DNA of 64,000 nt from Eledone cirrhosa (lineage: Eukaryota): positions 49,786,001 to 49,850,000 of the forward strand of contig OZ024751.1 in assembly GCA_964016885.1 (NCBI GenBank). The letters are read 5' to 3'. Shown in pieces: positions 30,998-47,312 of this stretch. Position numbers and translations under genes: made by a program. The notes under the pieces are model-generated. The model had not been told where the DNA came from and did not search any database. It worked only from the letters and a program-made list of their open reading frames with translations. The stretch's first letter is position 1. Each line of letters starts with the position of its first letter.

Positions 30998-31138
30998 ATA
31001 AACAAGCGTGTGTGCGCGTTTATGTGGGAGAGTGTGGATAGGTGAAATTGTGTTCCATTTCAGAATTAAGAATATACGTAAAATCCTCTATAAATTTTAC
31101 CATACAGAGGCGTACACAACAAAATATTATATACATAA

Positions 31139-31180
<42 letters not shown>

Positions 31181-31204
31181 TAGAATTGGAGCTCTGAAAT
31201 AGCA

Positions 31205-31385
31205 ATATATATATGAATGTATGCTATTGTTTTAGAGTAGTGACAAACTCACTTACTTTAATTTTTAATGTTTGCTGAGATTAAAGTAAGTGAGTTTGTC
31301 ACTACTCTAAAACAATAGCATACGGTCTTCAAAATGCTTTTAATTAAGCATAAAGTGTATTGCAAAATACATTATATATACATTC

Positions 31386-31390
<5 letters not shown>
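31205..31390. repeat. Hairpin insertion in (TA)n
   Basis: gtatgctattgttttagagtagtgacaaactcacttactttaat (31219-31262) inverted at 31278-31323. Confidence 0.8.
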
Positions 31391-31424
<34 letters not shown>

Positions 31425-31439
31425 GGTATATGTTATTAT

Positions 31440-31760
31440 GCTATGGGATTACGGGATACATATAGACAGACAAATAAATGCTAACCGGCCAGAATCGTCA
31501 CCAAAGACATAAAAGAAAATATCCCTGTTGATTGATATGGCGGTGCCTACTGATAGAAAAATCTCAGCAAAAGAATTTGAAAAACTGTCTAAAGGTCCTT
31601 GAAAATGAGATATATAGGATAGGGCAATTAAAACCCAAATTATCCCTTTTTTTGTGGTAACCCAGGAAATAATCAAGATAGGAAACAGCAAATATTTTGA
31701 GCATATCACAGGCAAACCAAAACTCTACGAGATTCAAAACATTGAGCTGACTTCAATCTC
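31440..31760 (+). pseudogene. Degenerate restriction-like endonuclease fragment of an R4/Dong-like LINE
   Basis: WDYGIHIDRQINANRP..LLIDMAVPTDRKISAKEFEKLSK with frameshifts. Confidence 0.7.
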
Positions 31761-31884
31761 TTTATTTGAGACGCGGCCGGGCGATGTAATAAAATGGAAA
31801 TCAATCAAACAAAAATGATTTTAAAAATATGAATAATGAAAACAATATTCCACTACTATTTTTTCAAAACATATATATATATAA

Positions 31885-32002
<118 letters not shown>

Positions 32003-32005
32003 GTG

Positions 32006-32150
<145 letters not shown>

Positions 32151-32233
32151 ATACATATGTATATATATATGTGTATACATATATATATATACATATATAT
32201 ACATATATATATATACATATACATATATATGTG

Positions 32234-32265
<32 letters not shown>

Positions 32266-32338
32266 CATATATATAGATAGATATATATACGTATATATAT
32301 AAACATATATACATATATATACATATATATAGATATAC

Positions 32339-32381
<43 letters not shown>

Positions 32382-32824
32382 AGTATATATATATATGTGT
32401 GTGTGTGTCTGTGTATGTATATACGTATCTGAGTTAGTGTATATATGCCTAGATCTGAGTGTTTTATTACTCTTCACGCTGTTATCGTCTGTATTTTCTC
32501 CTCCAATTTTGTTTTCAGCTCTCAGCTTAGACATCAATTTTTCTTAATTTATCTACCGTCTATCTCGTATGTTTTTGTCGAATGTTGTCTCAGTCTCATA
32601 TTCCTTTGTTATGATCTTCAGCTTCAATCATTATCATTGTTTTACTGTTTATACTTTATTTGATATTAGTATATATTTTTTCGGTTTTTTCCTACAATTT
32701 CGAATCGAAATTGGATGTTAATGAATATCAACGTAACGCGAAAATACATTATAAATACAAATACACAGAGTAATAAGCATGGCTCCCCCACTTATATGTA
32801 CGTATATATGTGCATGTGTATTTG

Positions 32825-32897
<73 letters not shown>

Positions 32898-33013
32898 CGT
32901 GTGCATGTATATATATACATATATACCCATGCTAGCGTGGAAAATGGACGTTGAACGAAGATGATGATGATGATATATATATATATATGTATATATATAT
33001 ACATATATATCTA

Positions 33014-33067
<54 letters not shown>

Positions 33068-33643
33068 TATCTATCTATCTATCTGTATATATATGTATAT
33101 ATATACAGATATTTGTGTATGTATATATTTAAAAGTGTGTGTGTATATATGTGTCATATATATATATATATATACTGTATATACATATATATATGTATAT
33201 ATATTTATCTGTACATATATATATATATGTATGTATATATGGAAATTTATTTCTGTATTGTATGTGTTAGTAATTTTCCCAAACCTAAGTCATCCCAAAT
33301 ATAATAAAAACCTGTATGAGTGGGAGTGAGTCAGTCTAAGTGGTTGCTTCTGTTTGTGTTTAGAACATGTACTAATTGTAAGTTATTACAGGGAAATACC
33401 AGCAATAAGGAGACGAAATTGACTTCCAATATAGCTGTGTGATCCACCATTTATTGCTCCCTGTTATGTTTTTATTACATACTAATTTCCCCCAGCATTC
33501 TCCCAAAGAATAACCCTCTTCTAGTTTATTTCCTGCCTCTAGTAACTCATTGTAAACTATATATTAAGCCATGTATATCCATTTCTGTAACTTTGTATCA
33601 CTTCGTATCACTTCCTCTCGTATCACGCTTCTTCTCACCTTCA

Positions 33644-33719
<76 letters not shown>

Positions 33720-33750
33720 CTGTCTGTCTCTCTCTCTCTCTCTTTCTCTA

Positions 33751-33801
<51 letters not shown>

Positions 33802-33858
33802 TTATATATATATACATATATACAGGCACACACATATATTTATACCTATATGCATATA

Positions 33859-33908
<50 letters not shown>

Positions 33909-34027
33909 TATATATATATATATACAAATATATATATATATACATATGTATCTATATATATGGGCATATAACACTATATATCATACGTGTGTGTTTGTGT
34001 GTATTATTCATACATATGTATATATTG

Positions 34028-34145
<118 letters not shown>

Positions 34146-34309
34146 GGACACCTACATAAATATATATATATATATTGAGAGAGAGAGTGTGCAGAGAGAG
34201 AGAGAGAGGTGGGACCAGGTGATAAAACACACGAAAGATGATGTTGTAACATTTTATTGCTTACAATATTTTGAACAAACAACTCGCTACTATATCTATC
34301 AAATTATAT

Positions 34310-34488
34310 TGGCAGTATCGGTAGAGGGTCGAACGCCACGCTTTCCAGCATAGTTACGTCCCTTTACGATCTGAGTTCAAATCTCGCCGAGGTTGACTTT
34401 GCCTTTCATCCTTACGGGGTCGATAAAATAAAGTACCAGTAATGCACTGGTTTTTGCTGGCCTTGTGCCTAAAGTAGAAACAATTATT
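34310..34488 (+). mobile_element. tRNA-derived SINE with Nin/Deu-like central domain
   Basis: B box GAGTTCAAATC, gcctttcatccttacggggtcgataaa; copies at 50995-51186 (minus), 26899 and 61735-61802 (minus). Confidence 0.8.
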
Positions 34489-34698
34489 ATATAGTTTCAT
34501 ATATTTACCACTTGGAAGAAATAGGTAAATGAATTTTATTGTAGCGAGAAGATCGTGTGGGTGGCTACATGTGAGCATGTCTGTTTGTCTCGGGGTAGAG
34601 AAATATATCTGACACCACTTTAACTTCTCAATGGATCTATATATTTGCCTCATACACATACGCATGCACACAAAGACTCACAAACACACTAAATATAT

Positions 34699-34732
<34 letters not shown>

Positions 34733-34957
34733 GAAGTAATTCCGTCGGCAAATTCCAGGAAAACAGAGTGCTCTATGTAGGTAACAGAGCTTAATAGTTA
34801 TGTAATAAACAACATTAGGCAATTTTTCCGTTTACCAGTGGTTTCTTAAAAACAAAAATGCAATCTATATGAAAGTGAGGCTGGAGAAAGAAGAAGGAAA
34901 GGAAAAATAAAATAAAACCACACATACAAACACACACACACACACAAAAGCATACAT

Positions 34958-35000
<43 letters not shown>

Positions 35001-35038
35001 ATATAAGATCAAAAGATGGTTAAAGGAGTTCCATGTAT

Positions 35039-35103
35039 TTTATTATGCGCATTTCAAAAACAAACATCATCATGCAATAATATTTGTGTTTTCATCAGAT
35101 AAA
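35039..35103 (-). ncRNA. Type I hammerhead ribozyme
   Basis: tttat CTGATGA [long stem II] GAAA tgcgc ATA ataaa; mutated paralog at 50005-50069. Confidence 0.8.
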
Positions 35104-35229
35104 ACAGGAGAACATGATATGAAGGCTAAAAAACACTTGTGGATAGTGCAGTTTTAAATCAACATATGAGAAGTGGTTTTAGATTGATGTGTGATAGTGG
35201 GAAAAAAAATGTGTGTGTATGTATGAGTG

Positions 35230-35284
<55 letters not shown>

Positions 35285-35327
35285 GATATTAAACAAATGG
35301 AAACTATATTTATAAAACCATATTTAT

Positions 35328-35387
35328 TTCGTTATATATATTTCTGGGATATCATATTAAAAATATGTTATGCCTTCCTCAGACAAA
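35328..35387 (-). ncRNA. Type I hammerhead ribozyme in the inverted arm of element 35283-35573
   Basis: tttgt CTGAGGA ... GAAA tatat ATA acgaa; family also at 56645, 56844 and 61331. Confidence 0.75.
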
Positions 35388-35572
35388 ATACAATACATAA
35401 GCTGTTTTATAAATAATTAGTGACATACCTTTTGAGAATGCAACTTCCTTTTAAAAAAGTTGATTTGGTAGTGAAACGGTTATGATAGTTATATAGAAAC
35501 TGTCGAGTGCTTTTATATCAGTTATAAAATATTTACTCGTTGTAACCCAACAATCTTAAATAAAACTTTTGC

Positions 35573-35603
<31 letters not shown>

Positions 35604-36398
35604 CACTCATACATACACACACATATAAACATATATATGTGTATATAAATACACACATACACATACATATGCACATACATATCAACACATCCATACATAC
35701 ACATACATATATACAACCACATACACATATATACACATATATATATATAGAAATATATATATATATATATACATATGATGGCTGCCCCCTCGTTATCGAG
35801 TATGGCCATTGCACGATATACCATTATTAATAAGTATTTATTAATTATATCGTGCAATGCCTGTGCATGAAGATATTTTTTTAAATAAGGAAAGACTGTG
35901 CACTGAGCCAAACACACTCTCTGAGCGACAGTAGCTATAACCCGAAAAGAAGAAAATATCAACATCATCGGTAACTACATACATGCATACACATACACAT
36001 ACATAGCCATACACACATACATATACATACATACATGCACACAATCATACCTATATACACACGTACATACATACATATACATAAATGCGTACATATGCAT
36101 GTAAAAAATCAGAAAAATATACACACCTCTACACACGCAAATAAATATAAGAAAAAATATATATAAAAAATAAAATAATTATACAGTTGACAGCGATACA
36201 TGCGACAAGTAGATGAACAGACATGCGTGGTAAGCAATACACACAAATGCACGTACACATAAGTACGAAAAAGTAAATACATACACACACTCTCACACAT
36301 AAATATACATATACAAATACATAAACACATACATACACATACACAAATACATACACAAACACGCACACACACACATATACATATATACACACACATAT

Positions 36399-37616
<1,218 letters not shown>

Positions 37617-37708
37617 TATATATACATACACACACACATACATACATAGCTATACAATTATACACATACAAATACGTACATATCACAAACACGCACAACC
37701 AAATACAA

Positions 37709-37742
<34 letters not shown>

Positions 37743-37759
37743 GCATATATATATATGTG

Positions 37760-39315
37760 TGTGTGTAAAACTCAATCTTAGATAATTCATATGAACCTTA
37801 TATATACATATATATAGTAGTAATGTAATAAACAACATAAGGCAATTATTCCATTCACCAGTGGTTTCTTAAAAGCAAAAAATGTTTCCTTCAATCCTCA
37901 GAATGAAAAAAAGCTGGTCTATCTACATATACATATATATACACACATATATATACATATACACATACATATACATACACATACATTTTGGTATGTGAAG
38001 GGTAAGGCAAAAAGAATATATGGGGGGGGGGAAGACATAGGAAAAGGTGAAATATAAGGGGAGATAAGGGAGAAAAAGAATACAAGAGTACAGAACGTGG
38101 ATTCAGTAAATAAAAAAAACCATAGTAGAAGTAAAGAGCAGGAAAGGAGTTCAAGGCGGTTGATTTATCATAGGAGTGTCAATCCAGTTACAGATCAGAT
38201 GTGATTTCAGATGAGGACAACATCTGAAGATCTCAGTCTTTGAGTTTAGGCAAGCAGAAGTGGCTCTCAAGATTAGCAAAATGCTATATTTTTCTGTAGT
38301 ACACAAAGAACAATTCTTTGTGCCCCTTTGGTACTCCCTCGAATGGTCTAAGATAGACCAATCGATAGAGTACGGGATGTTACTATCCGTGAATTTCCAC
38401 ACCTTACTTGCGAGGGCCGTTGATGTTCGTTTATCGGAGTGCTTTAAAGAAGCGACATGTGTTCAAATCATACGAGAACAAATCCAGGACGCAGTTGCAG
38501 GAAGCCGGATGAATGCCCATTGCAGGGTAAATGTAACACCAAATCTGTTGTTTATGAGGCTAAAATAACACCGGTAATCAACAACCAGCCAGCCAGGAGT
38601 GAGCGATATGTCGGTATGACCCAGGACAGGTTTAAAACCAGATTTTACTCACATGTCGCTTCTTTTAAGCACTCCGATAAACGAACATCAATGGCCCTCA
38701 CAAGTAAGGTGTGGGAATTCAAGGATAGTAACATCCCGTACTCTATCGTTTGGTCTATATTAGACCATTCGAGGGAGTACCAAAGGGGCACAAAGAATTG
38801 TTCTTTGTGTACCACAGAAAAATATAGGATTTTGCTAAACTTGAGAGTCACTTCTGCTTGCCTAAACTCAAAGACTGAGATCTTCAGATGTTGTCCTCAT
38901 CTGAAATCACATCTGATTTGTAACTGGATTGACACTCCTATGATAAATCAACCGCCTTGAACTCCTTCCTGCTCTTTACTTCTACTACGGTTTTTTTATT
39001 TACTGAATCCACGTTCTGTACTCTTGTATTCTTTTTCTCCCTTATCGCCCCTTATATTTCACCTTTTCCTATGTCTACCCCCCCCCCTCATATATTATTT
39101 TTGCCTTACCCTTCACATACCAAAATGTATGTGTATGTATGTGTATGTGTATATGTATATATATATATATGTGTGTGTATATATATGTATATGTAGATAG
39201 ACCAGGTTTTTTTCATTCTGAGGATTGAAGGATGTTGTTTATTACATTACTACTTTATATATGTATTTATAAGGTTCATAAGAATTATCTAAGATTGAGT
39301 TTTAGACACACATAT
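37760..39315 (+). mobile_element. 5'-truncated Penelope-like element with about 700-bp inverted duplication
   Basis: 37760-38461 is the reverse complement of 38650-39315; junction on ACATGT. Confidence 0.92.
38457..38960 (+). CDS. GIY-YIG endonuclease domain of a Penelope-like element (5'-truncated ORF)
   Basis: CRKPDECPLQGKC..VVYEAKI..YVGMT..FKTRFYSH..CSLCTTEK..LNSKTE..CPH. Confidence 0.92.
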   Translation: MCSNHTRTNPGRSCRKPDECPLQGKCNTKSVVYEAKITPVINNQPARSERYVGMTQDRFKTRFYSHVASFKHSDKRTSMALTSKVWEFKDSNIPYSIVWSILDHSREYQRGTKNCSLCTTEKYRILLNLRVTSACLNSKTEIFRCCPHLKSHLICNWIDTPMINQPP

Positions 39316-39350
39316 ATATATATATGTGTATATATATATATATATATAAA

Positions 39351-39386
<36 letters not shown>

Positions 39387-39431
39387 GAGAGTAAAACAAA
39401 GAATCCTTTAATACATCAAAAGTTTTTATTA

Positions 39432-39469
39432 GCCGACAATGTTTCGTCTTATTAAGGACTCATCAGGGC
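39432..39469 (-). ncRNA. Minimal type I hammerhead ribozyme
   Basis: gcc CTGATGA gtccttaataagac GAAAC att GTC ggc; lies in element 39382-39825; paralog 50690-50727. Confidence 0.85.
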
Positions 39470-39821
39470 AATCAAAACAACAAGAGGTAATTTCGGCAGA
39501 TACAAGCCAGAAACTCTGAAGAATATGGAGTTTACATACACTAATGTCTTACAAAGATATACGATAATAAAAATGAAGATAAAAATAATAAAATTATAAT
39601 AACTAAGGATGTAGATAACATTAAGAACCATATTACAAATATAGTCCAAAGTCACCAACTTAAATCTAAACAAATTTGGTTATATAGAGCAGGAATTATA
39701 TATAACACAGTATAATACATTATAATAATAATATATCTATACCAACATTAAAATTCCAAATTACTGTCATTTCTATAATACGAAGAGGGTGTTTGACTCA
39801 AACACGCTCCAGTATTCTAAT

Positions 39822-39880
<59 letters not shown>

Positions 39881-39883
<3 letters not shown>

Positions 39884-41765
39884 GACGTAAAATAAGAAAA
39901 TATTTTTTAAAAAAAAAATTTTAAAAAAAATTTTTTTCTTACTTAAATTTTCACTCCAACTAATTAGTTTCTGCAATGGGATAAAGACAGTTATGTAATC
40001 CAACTGTCGAGAATTCATTGCGTCATCAGGAAGTCTATTCTCAGTTAAGTCTCCAGGCAATGCGCGGACACTGGCGGCTCATATAAAAATAATAATAATT
40101 CGGTAGATCGAACAGCTTGCGAGGACTGAATTCTATGTACCGAAATTCTCACTGCTTCAAGTCAAATGGCCGATTCTAAAGAATCAATCACGTGACACAG
40201 AGGCTAGTTAGAAGGAATGGGATGGTAAGATGACTGACGCCTACTAACACCCCAAAAAAAATTTTTTTAGAAGTGGTTTTGACAAGTTTGCTCGACAAAT
40301 CAGTGATTTGGAGATAAATATAGATAATTTAATATATCAACTAACATAAGCGCACAGATGCACGCCCATGCCAGCAAATACACAGGTTATGTCATAGTAC
40401 CTAGGTGGTTCAATGCAGGAGAATGCAGAACAATAATATAAAGGACGTAAAATAAGAAAATATTTTTTAAAAAAAAAAATTTTTAAAAAAATTTTTTTCT
40501 TACTTAAATTTTCACTCCAACTAATTAGTTTCTGCAATGGGATAAAGACAGTTATGTAATCCAACTGTCGAGAATTCATTGCGTCATCAGGAAGTCTATT
40601 CTCAGTTAAGTCTCCAGGCAATGCGCGGACACTGGCGGCTCATATAAAAATAATAATAATTCGGTAGATCGAACAGCTTGCGAGGACTGAATTCTATGTA
40701 CCGAAATTCTCACTGCTTCAAGTCAAATGGCCGATTCTAAAGAATCAATCACGTGACACAGAGGCTAGTTAGAAGGAATGGGATGGTAAGATGACTGACG
40801 CCTACTAACACCCCAAAAAAAATTTTTTTAGAAGTGGTTTTGACAAGTTTGCTCGACAAATCAGTGATTTGGAGATAAATATAGATAATTTAATATATCA
40901 ACTAACATAAGCGCACAGATGCACGCCCATGCCAGCAAATACACAGGTTATGTCATAGTACCTAGGTGGTTCAATGCAGGAGAATGCAGAACAATAATAT
41001 AAAGGACGTAAAATAAGAAAATATTTTTTAAAAAAAAAAATTTTAAAAAAAATTTTTTTCTTACTTAAATTTTCACTCCAACTAATTAGTTTCTGCAATG
41101 GGATAAAGACAGTTATGTAATCCAACTGTCGAGAATTCATTGCGTCATCAGGAAGTCTATTCTCAGTTAAGTCTCCAGGCAATGCGCGGACACTGGCGGC
41201 TCATATAAAAATAATAATAATTCGGTAGATCGAACAGCTTGCGAGGACTGAATTCTATGTACCGAAATTCTCACTGCTTCAAGTCAAATGGCCGATTCTA
41301 AAGAATCAATCACGTGACACAGAGGCTAGTTAGAAGGAATGGGATGGTAAGATGACTGACGCCTACTAACACCCCAAAAAAAATTTTTTTAGAAGTGGTT
41401 TTGACAAGTTTGCTCGACAAATCAGTGATTTGGAGATAAATATAGATAATTTAATATATCAACTAACATAAGCGCACAGATGCACGCCCATGCCAGCAAA
41501 TACACAGGTTATGTCATAGTACCTAGGTGGTTCAATGCAGGAGAATGCAGAACAATAATATAAAGGACGTAAAATAAGAAAATATTTTTTAAAAAAAAAA
41601 AAAAAATTTTAAAAAAAATTTTTTTCTTACTTAAATTTTCACTCCAACTAATTAGTTTCTGCAATGGGATAAAGACAGTTATGTAATCCAACTGTCGAGA
41701 ATTCATTGCGTCATCAGGAAGTCTATTCTCAGTTAAGTCTCCAGGCAATGCGCGGACACTGGCGG

Positions 41766-41770
<5 letters not shown>
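39881..41770 (-). mobile_element. Non-coding tandem element, 561-bp unit x3.4, four HHRs (retrozyme-like)
   Basis: Units start at 39881, 40441, 41002, 41563; HHRs at 39954-40033, 40515-40594, 41076-41155, 41642-41721; (TA)n at both ends. Confidence 0.9.
39954..40033 (-). ncRNA. Type I hammerhead ribozyme (first of four tandem copies)
   Basis: cttc CTGATGA c-gcaatg..gacagtt..aactgtc..cattgc-a GAAAC taatta GTT ggag. Confidence 0.82.
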
Positions 41771-41832
<62 letters not shown>

Positions 41833-41912
41833 TTATATTTGGTTGTGCGTGTTTGTGATATGTACGTATTTGTATGTGTATAATTGTATAGTTATGTATG
41901 TATGTGTGTGTG

Positions 41913-41947
<35 letters not shown>

Positions 41948-41964
41948 GAGTGTATGTGTGTGTG

Positions 41965-42015
<51 letters not shown>

Positions 42016-42422
42016 ATATGTGTGTGTATATATGTATATGTGTGTGTGTGCGTGTTTGTGTATGTATTTGTGTATGTGTATGTATGTGTTTATGTATTTG
42101 TATATGTATATTTATGTGTGAGAGTGTGTGTATGTATTTACTTTTTCGTACGTATGTGTACGTGCATTTGTGTGTATTGCTTACCACGCGTGTCTGTTCA
42201 TCTACTCGTCGCATGTATCGCTGTCAACTGTATAATTATTTTATTTTTTATATATATTTTTTCTCATATTTATTTTTGCGTGTGTGAATATGTAGAGGTG
42301 TGTATATTTTTCTAATTTTGTACATGCATATGTACGCATTTCTGTATATGTATGTATGTACGTGTGTATATAGGTATGATTGTGAGCATGTATGTATGTA
42401 TGTATATGTATGTGTGTATGGT

Positions 42423-42457
<35 letters not shown>

Positions 42458-42466
<9 letters not shown>

Positions 42467-42590
42467 GTAGTTTAGAAAGCCACAACAATGCAGATGGGAA
42501 ATCTCGAGGTTTCCCATCTGCATTGTTGTGGCTTTCTAAACTACATATTTTACACATTCCACAATGCTTCAAGCAAACTTTAACACCCTC
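42458..42590 (+). repeat. Perfect hairpin (about 43-bp arms) plus tail in (TA)n
   Basis: aaatatgtagtttagaaagccacaacaatgcagatgggaaa and its exact reverse complement. Confidence 0.85.
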
Positions 42591-42594
42591 ATAT

Positions 42595-42729
<135 letters not shown>

Positions 42730-42869
42730 TGTGTGTGTGTGGTTGTATATATGTATGTGTATGTATGGATGTGTTGATATTTATGTGCGTATGTATGTAT
42801 ATATGTATGTGTATGTGTGTATTTATATACACATCTATATGTGTATATGTGTGTGTGTATGTATGAGTG

Positions 42870-42936
<67 letters not shown>

Positions 42937-43085
42937 ATGTATGCTTTTGTGGGTGTGTTTGTGTGTGTGTTTGCATGTGTTGTTTTATTTTATTTTTCCT
43001 TTCCCTCTTCTTTCTCCAGCCTCACTTTCATATAGATTGCATTTTTGTTTTTAAAATCTCAATTCAATAAACAGACCAGGATTTT

Positions 43086-43143
43086 TTCATTCTGAGGATT
43101 GAAAGCAAAATTTTTTGCTTTTAAGAAACCACTGGTAAATGGA
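43086..43143 (+). ncRNA. Type I hammerhead ribozyme
   Basis: ttcatt CTGAGGA ttgaaagcaaaa-tt-ttttgcttttaa GAAAC cactg GTA aatgga; relatives at 37850-37907 (GTG triplet), 39218 and 34830 (partly deleted). Confidence 0.82.
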
Positions 43144-43172
43144 ATAATTGCCTTATGTTGTTGTTTATTACA

Positions 43173-43239
<67 letters not shown>

Positions 43240-43367
43240 TAAGGTGTGTTAAAATACCCACAAGAGTACTTGATACTTGGGGTAATAGAGTGGGTAATAT
43301 GAAAAGAATCAGGGACCAGACGGCTGAGATCCGACCGTTCGACAGCTAGATCCGGATCTATATATAA

Positions 43368-43466
<99 letters not shown>

Positions 43467-43521
43467 CATATATATATATATATATATATGTATGTATATA
43501 TATATATATATTTATATATAA

Positions 43522-43554
<33 letters not shown>

Positions 43555-43624
43555 CATATATATACATATATATATATATATATAAACATATATGTATGTA
43601 TATATATATATATAAACATATATG

Positions 43625-43682
<58 letters not shown>

Positions 43683-43696
43683 TATGTATATATATA

Positions 43697-43886
<190 letters not shown>

Positions 43887-43913
43887 CATATATGTTTATA
43901 TATATGTATATAT

Positions 43914-43945
<32 letters not shown>

Positions 43946-44058
43946 GTGTGTGTGTGTGTATATGTGTATGTGAATAAGCCACTAGTATGACTACACTAAT
44001 TTTGATTCTGAAACGTTGTAACACAACTGGATATGGTTATATCAGTGCTATATATACA

Positions 44059-44184
<126 letters not shown>

Positions 44185-44194
44185 CATATATATA

Positions 44195-46365
44195 ACTTTG
44201 AATAACTTTGAAATGTTTTGGCCAGTATTGGCCCAGGCCATGTCTAACTTAATAGCACCACCTGGCGAAGTCTTTCAATTCAGGATTTGGGCACCATGGC
44301 CCATTCGAGAAGAGAATTACTGTTTGCGGAGACATATCCGGGTGTGGGTGGTTTGTCCGGGATTACTTGGAGGAATTTGTCCAAAGACTTCTTGAATTTT
44401 GTGTGGTCAGTTTCTGTTTTGACGTGTCCTGGTGTGATGTTGAAGAGAGCAGGGCCGATTGAGGTGAAATAATTGTGCCGTATTGTTGTTATGAGTTGCG
44501 ATTTAGATTTTTGTATGGGACGGATAGCACGGGGCCCAAGCCTTGGGTGTATCTTGAAGGCGATGCCAACATCATTTGGGCAGTGATGATGGAACATTTT
44601 CCACATCATGCAGATAATATAACGCTCACGGCGACGTTGGAGTGAGTAAAGTTTCAGCTTTTCTAGTCGACCCCAGTAGTCAAGGTCTGACATGCCATCT
44701 ATCTTTTTCGTGATTGCCCTTTGAGGAGCTTCAAGTTTCATGATACTTTGTTTCGTGTGGGGAGACCACAGTGGACAACAGTATTCAAGGTGTGGTCGGG
44801 CAAAAGTAGAGAAGAGAAGGATAATGGTGTGGGAATCTCTCGACTGGAAGGTTCTGAGGATCCAGGAACACATTCTGCGGGCCATGTCAACTTTGCTGCT
44901 TATATGCGTGGCCCAGCTTATGTTGCTGTCCACGGTTACTCCCAAGTCTCTGATGTTGTTAGATGCCACGAGAGTTTCCCCGGAGGGAAGGGAGTACGGG
45001 AGTTTCAGAGCATCCTCTTTTCCAAAGTGGATCAGTTCGAATTTGTCTTCGTTCAGTAACATGTTGTTCTTTTCCGCCCATTGGGTAACAGCCAGTAGGT
45101 CTGATTGAAGGCTTATCCGGTCATCCACGCCATTGATGACCTTTTGGAGCTTGGAATCATCAGCGAAAATTTTAATGTTGCTGTGTTTGATGATGTCAGT
45201 GATGTCATTAATATAGATGATGAAGAGAAGTGGACCCAACACAGTGCTTTGTGGGACCCCACTACTGACTTTGGCTGCGCTGGATTTGACTCCTTCAACT
45301 AAAACATGTTGGGTTCTGTTTGACAGGAAGCTCTTGATCCACTGCAGCAGCTTTCCAGTGACACCAATATTGGACAGCTTTCTCAGTAGAATGTTATGAT
45401 CAACCCTGTCAAAGGCCTTGCTGAAATCAAGGTAGATAACATCAGTGTTGGAACCCTCTCCCAAGGCTTTCAAAATGTCATCAAAGTGATGCAGTAGCTG
45501 CGTCAGGCAATCCCTTCCATTACGGAATCCATGCTGGTTGGAGTTCAGCATATTGTTACTCTCAAGGAAGTGGGTCATTCGCGATCTCACCACTCTCTCA
45601 AATACCTTAATGATATGAGAGGCGAGTGAGATTGGACGGTAATTCACGGCAAGGGATTTGTTTCCTTTTTTGAAAACTGGGACAACAGACTGGGATAGAA
45701 GGTTTTCTGGCACATATCCAGCATCCAGTGAGTTCCGCCACAGATTGGCAAGAGGAGATGCAAGTTGGTGTTGACACGCCCTCAAGACACAAGCAGGGAA
45801 CCTATCGGGACCTACTGCTGAATTTTGCTTGATTTCCTTTATTGCCGCTAAGACATCAGGGGCGCCAAACGTTATGTCCGATAAGGTGTAATGGGGAGTA
45901 ACATCGCCGATACAGCCCAGATCGGCCATATCAGGATTGCTGAAAACAGAGCAGTTTTGTTTCTGCAGTATCTCACCCATGGTTTTAGCATTGTCTTGAA
46001 GAGTGCCATTTTCATCAATTAGAGGGCCAACAGTAGAGCCAGTGATTTTGTGTTTTTTTGCAAATGAAAAGAACACTTTGGGATTGAGTTTGATCTCCTC
46101 AATGGCCCAGGCCTCTTCAGCTCTTCTCTGATTGTTGATGAGGGACATTATGTTGTTTTGGAGGTTATGTTTTTTAATCTCTAGTGATGAAATGGCAGTC
46201 AAGTTGATGTGTTGCTGCTGACAGTATTTCAGCTTGTTGATTTTTTCGTTCGTTCTCTTAATTTTTCTGATGAGCGTTTTTCTATTTCTAGGGATTCTGC
46301 TCTTAGATTTGTTTATAGTTCTTAATGGGGTGTGTTCTGCACATATGTTTGTAACAGTGCAAGAA

Positions 46366-46369
<4 letters not shown>
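44195..46369 (-). mobile_element. 5'-truncated CR1/L2-group LINE; uninterrupted ORF2 RT region 44280-46369
   Basis: GPD, NYRPISL, QHGFR, YLDFSKAFD, SGVPQ, FADD, LEYC..WSP motifs; (TA)n flanks. Confidence 0.95.
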
Positions 46370-46794
<425 letters not shown>

Positions 46795-46851
46795 TATAGT
46801 ATACTAGGGAGAAGATCAGGGGTGTATAACACTCCACTTATCCAGCAGGCA

Positions 46852-46886
<35 letters not shown>

Positions 46887-46922
46887 CATATATGTTTATA
46901 TATATGTATATATATATATATG

Positions 46923-47045
<123 letters not shown>

Positions 47046-47178
47046 TATATTTATATGTATGTATATGTATATATATATCACTAGTACTCTATGGTTAGCA
47101 CTGATATAACCAAATCCAGTTGTGTTATAACGTTTCAGAATCAAAATTAGAGTAGTCATACTAGTGGCTTATTCACAT

Positions 47179-47312
<134 letters not shown>

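Noticed and set aside
39824-41748. Repeated 78-94 aa [13 protein letters not shown]...
   Set aside because: TTG start, overlaps the ribozyme, and its frame changes with A-tract length between copies
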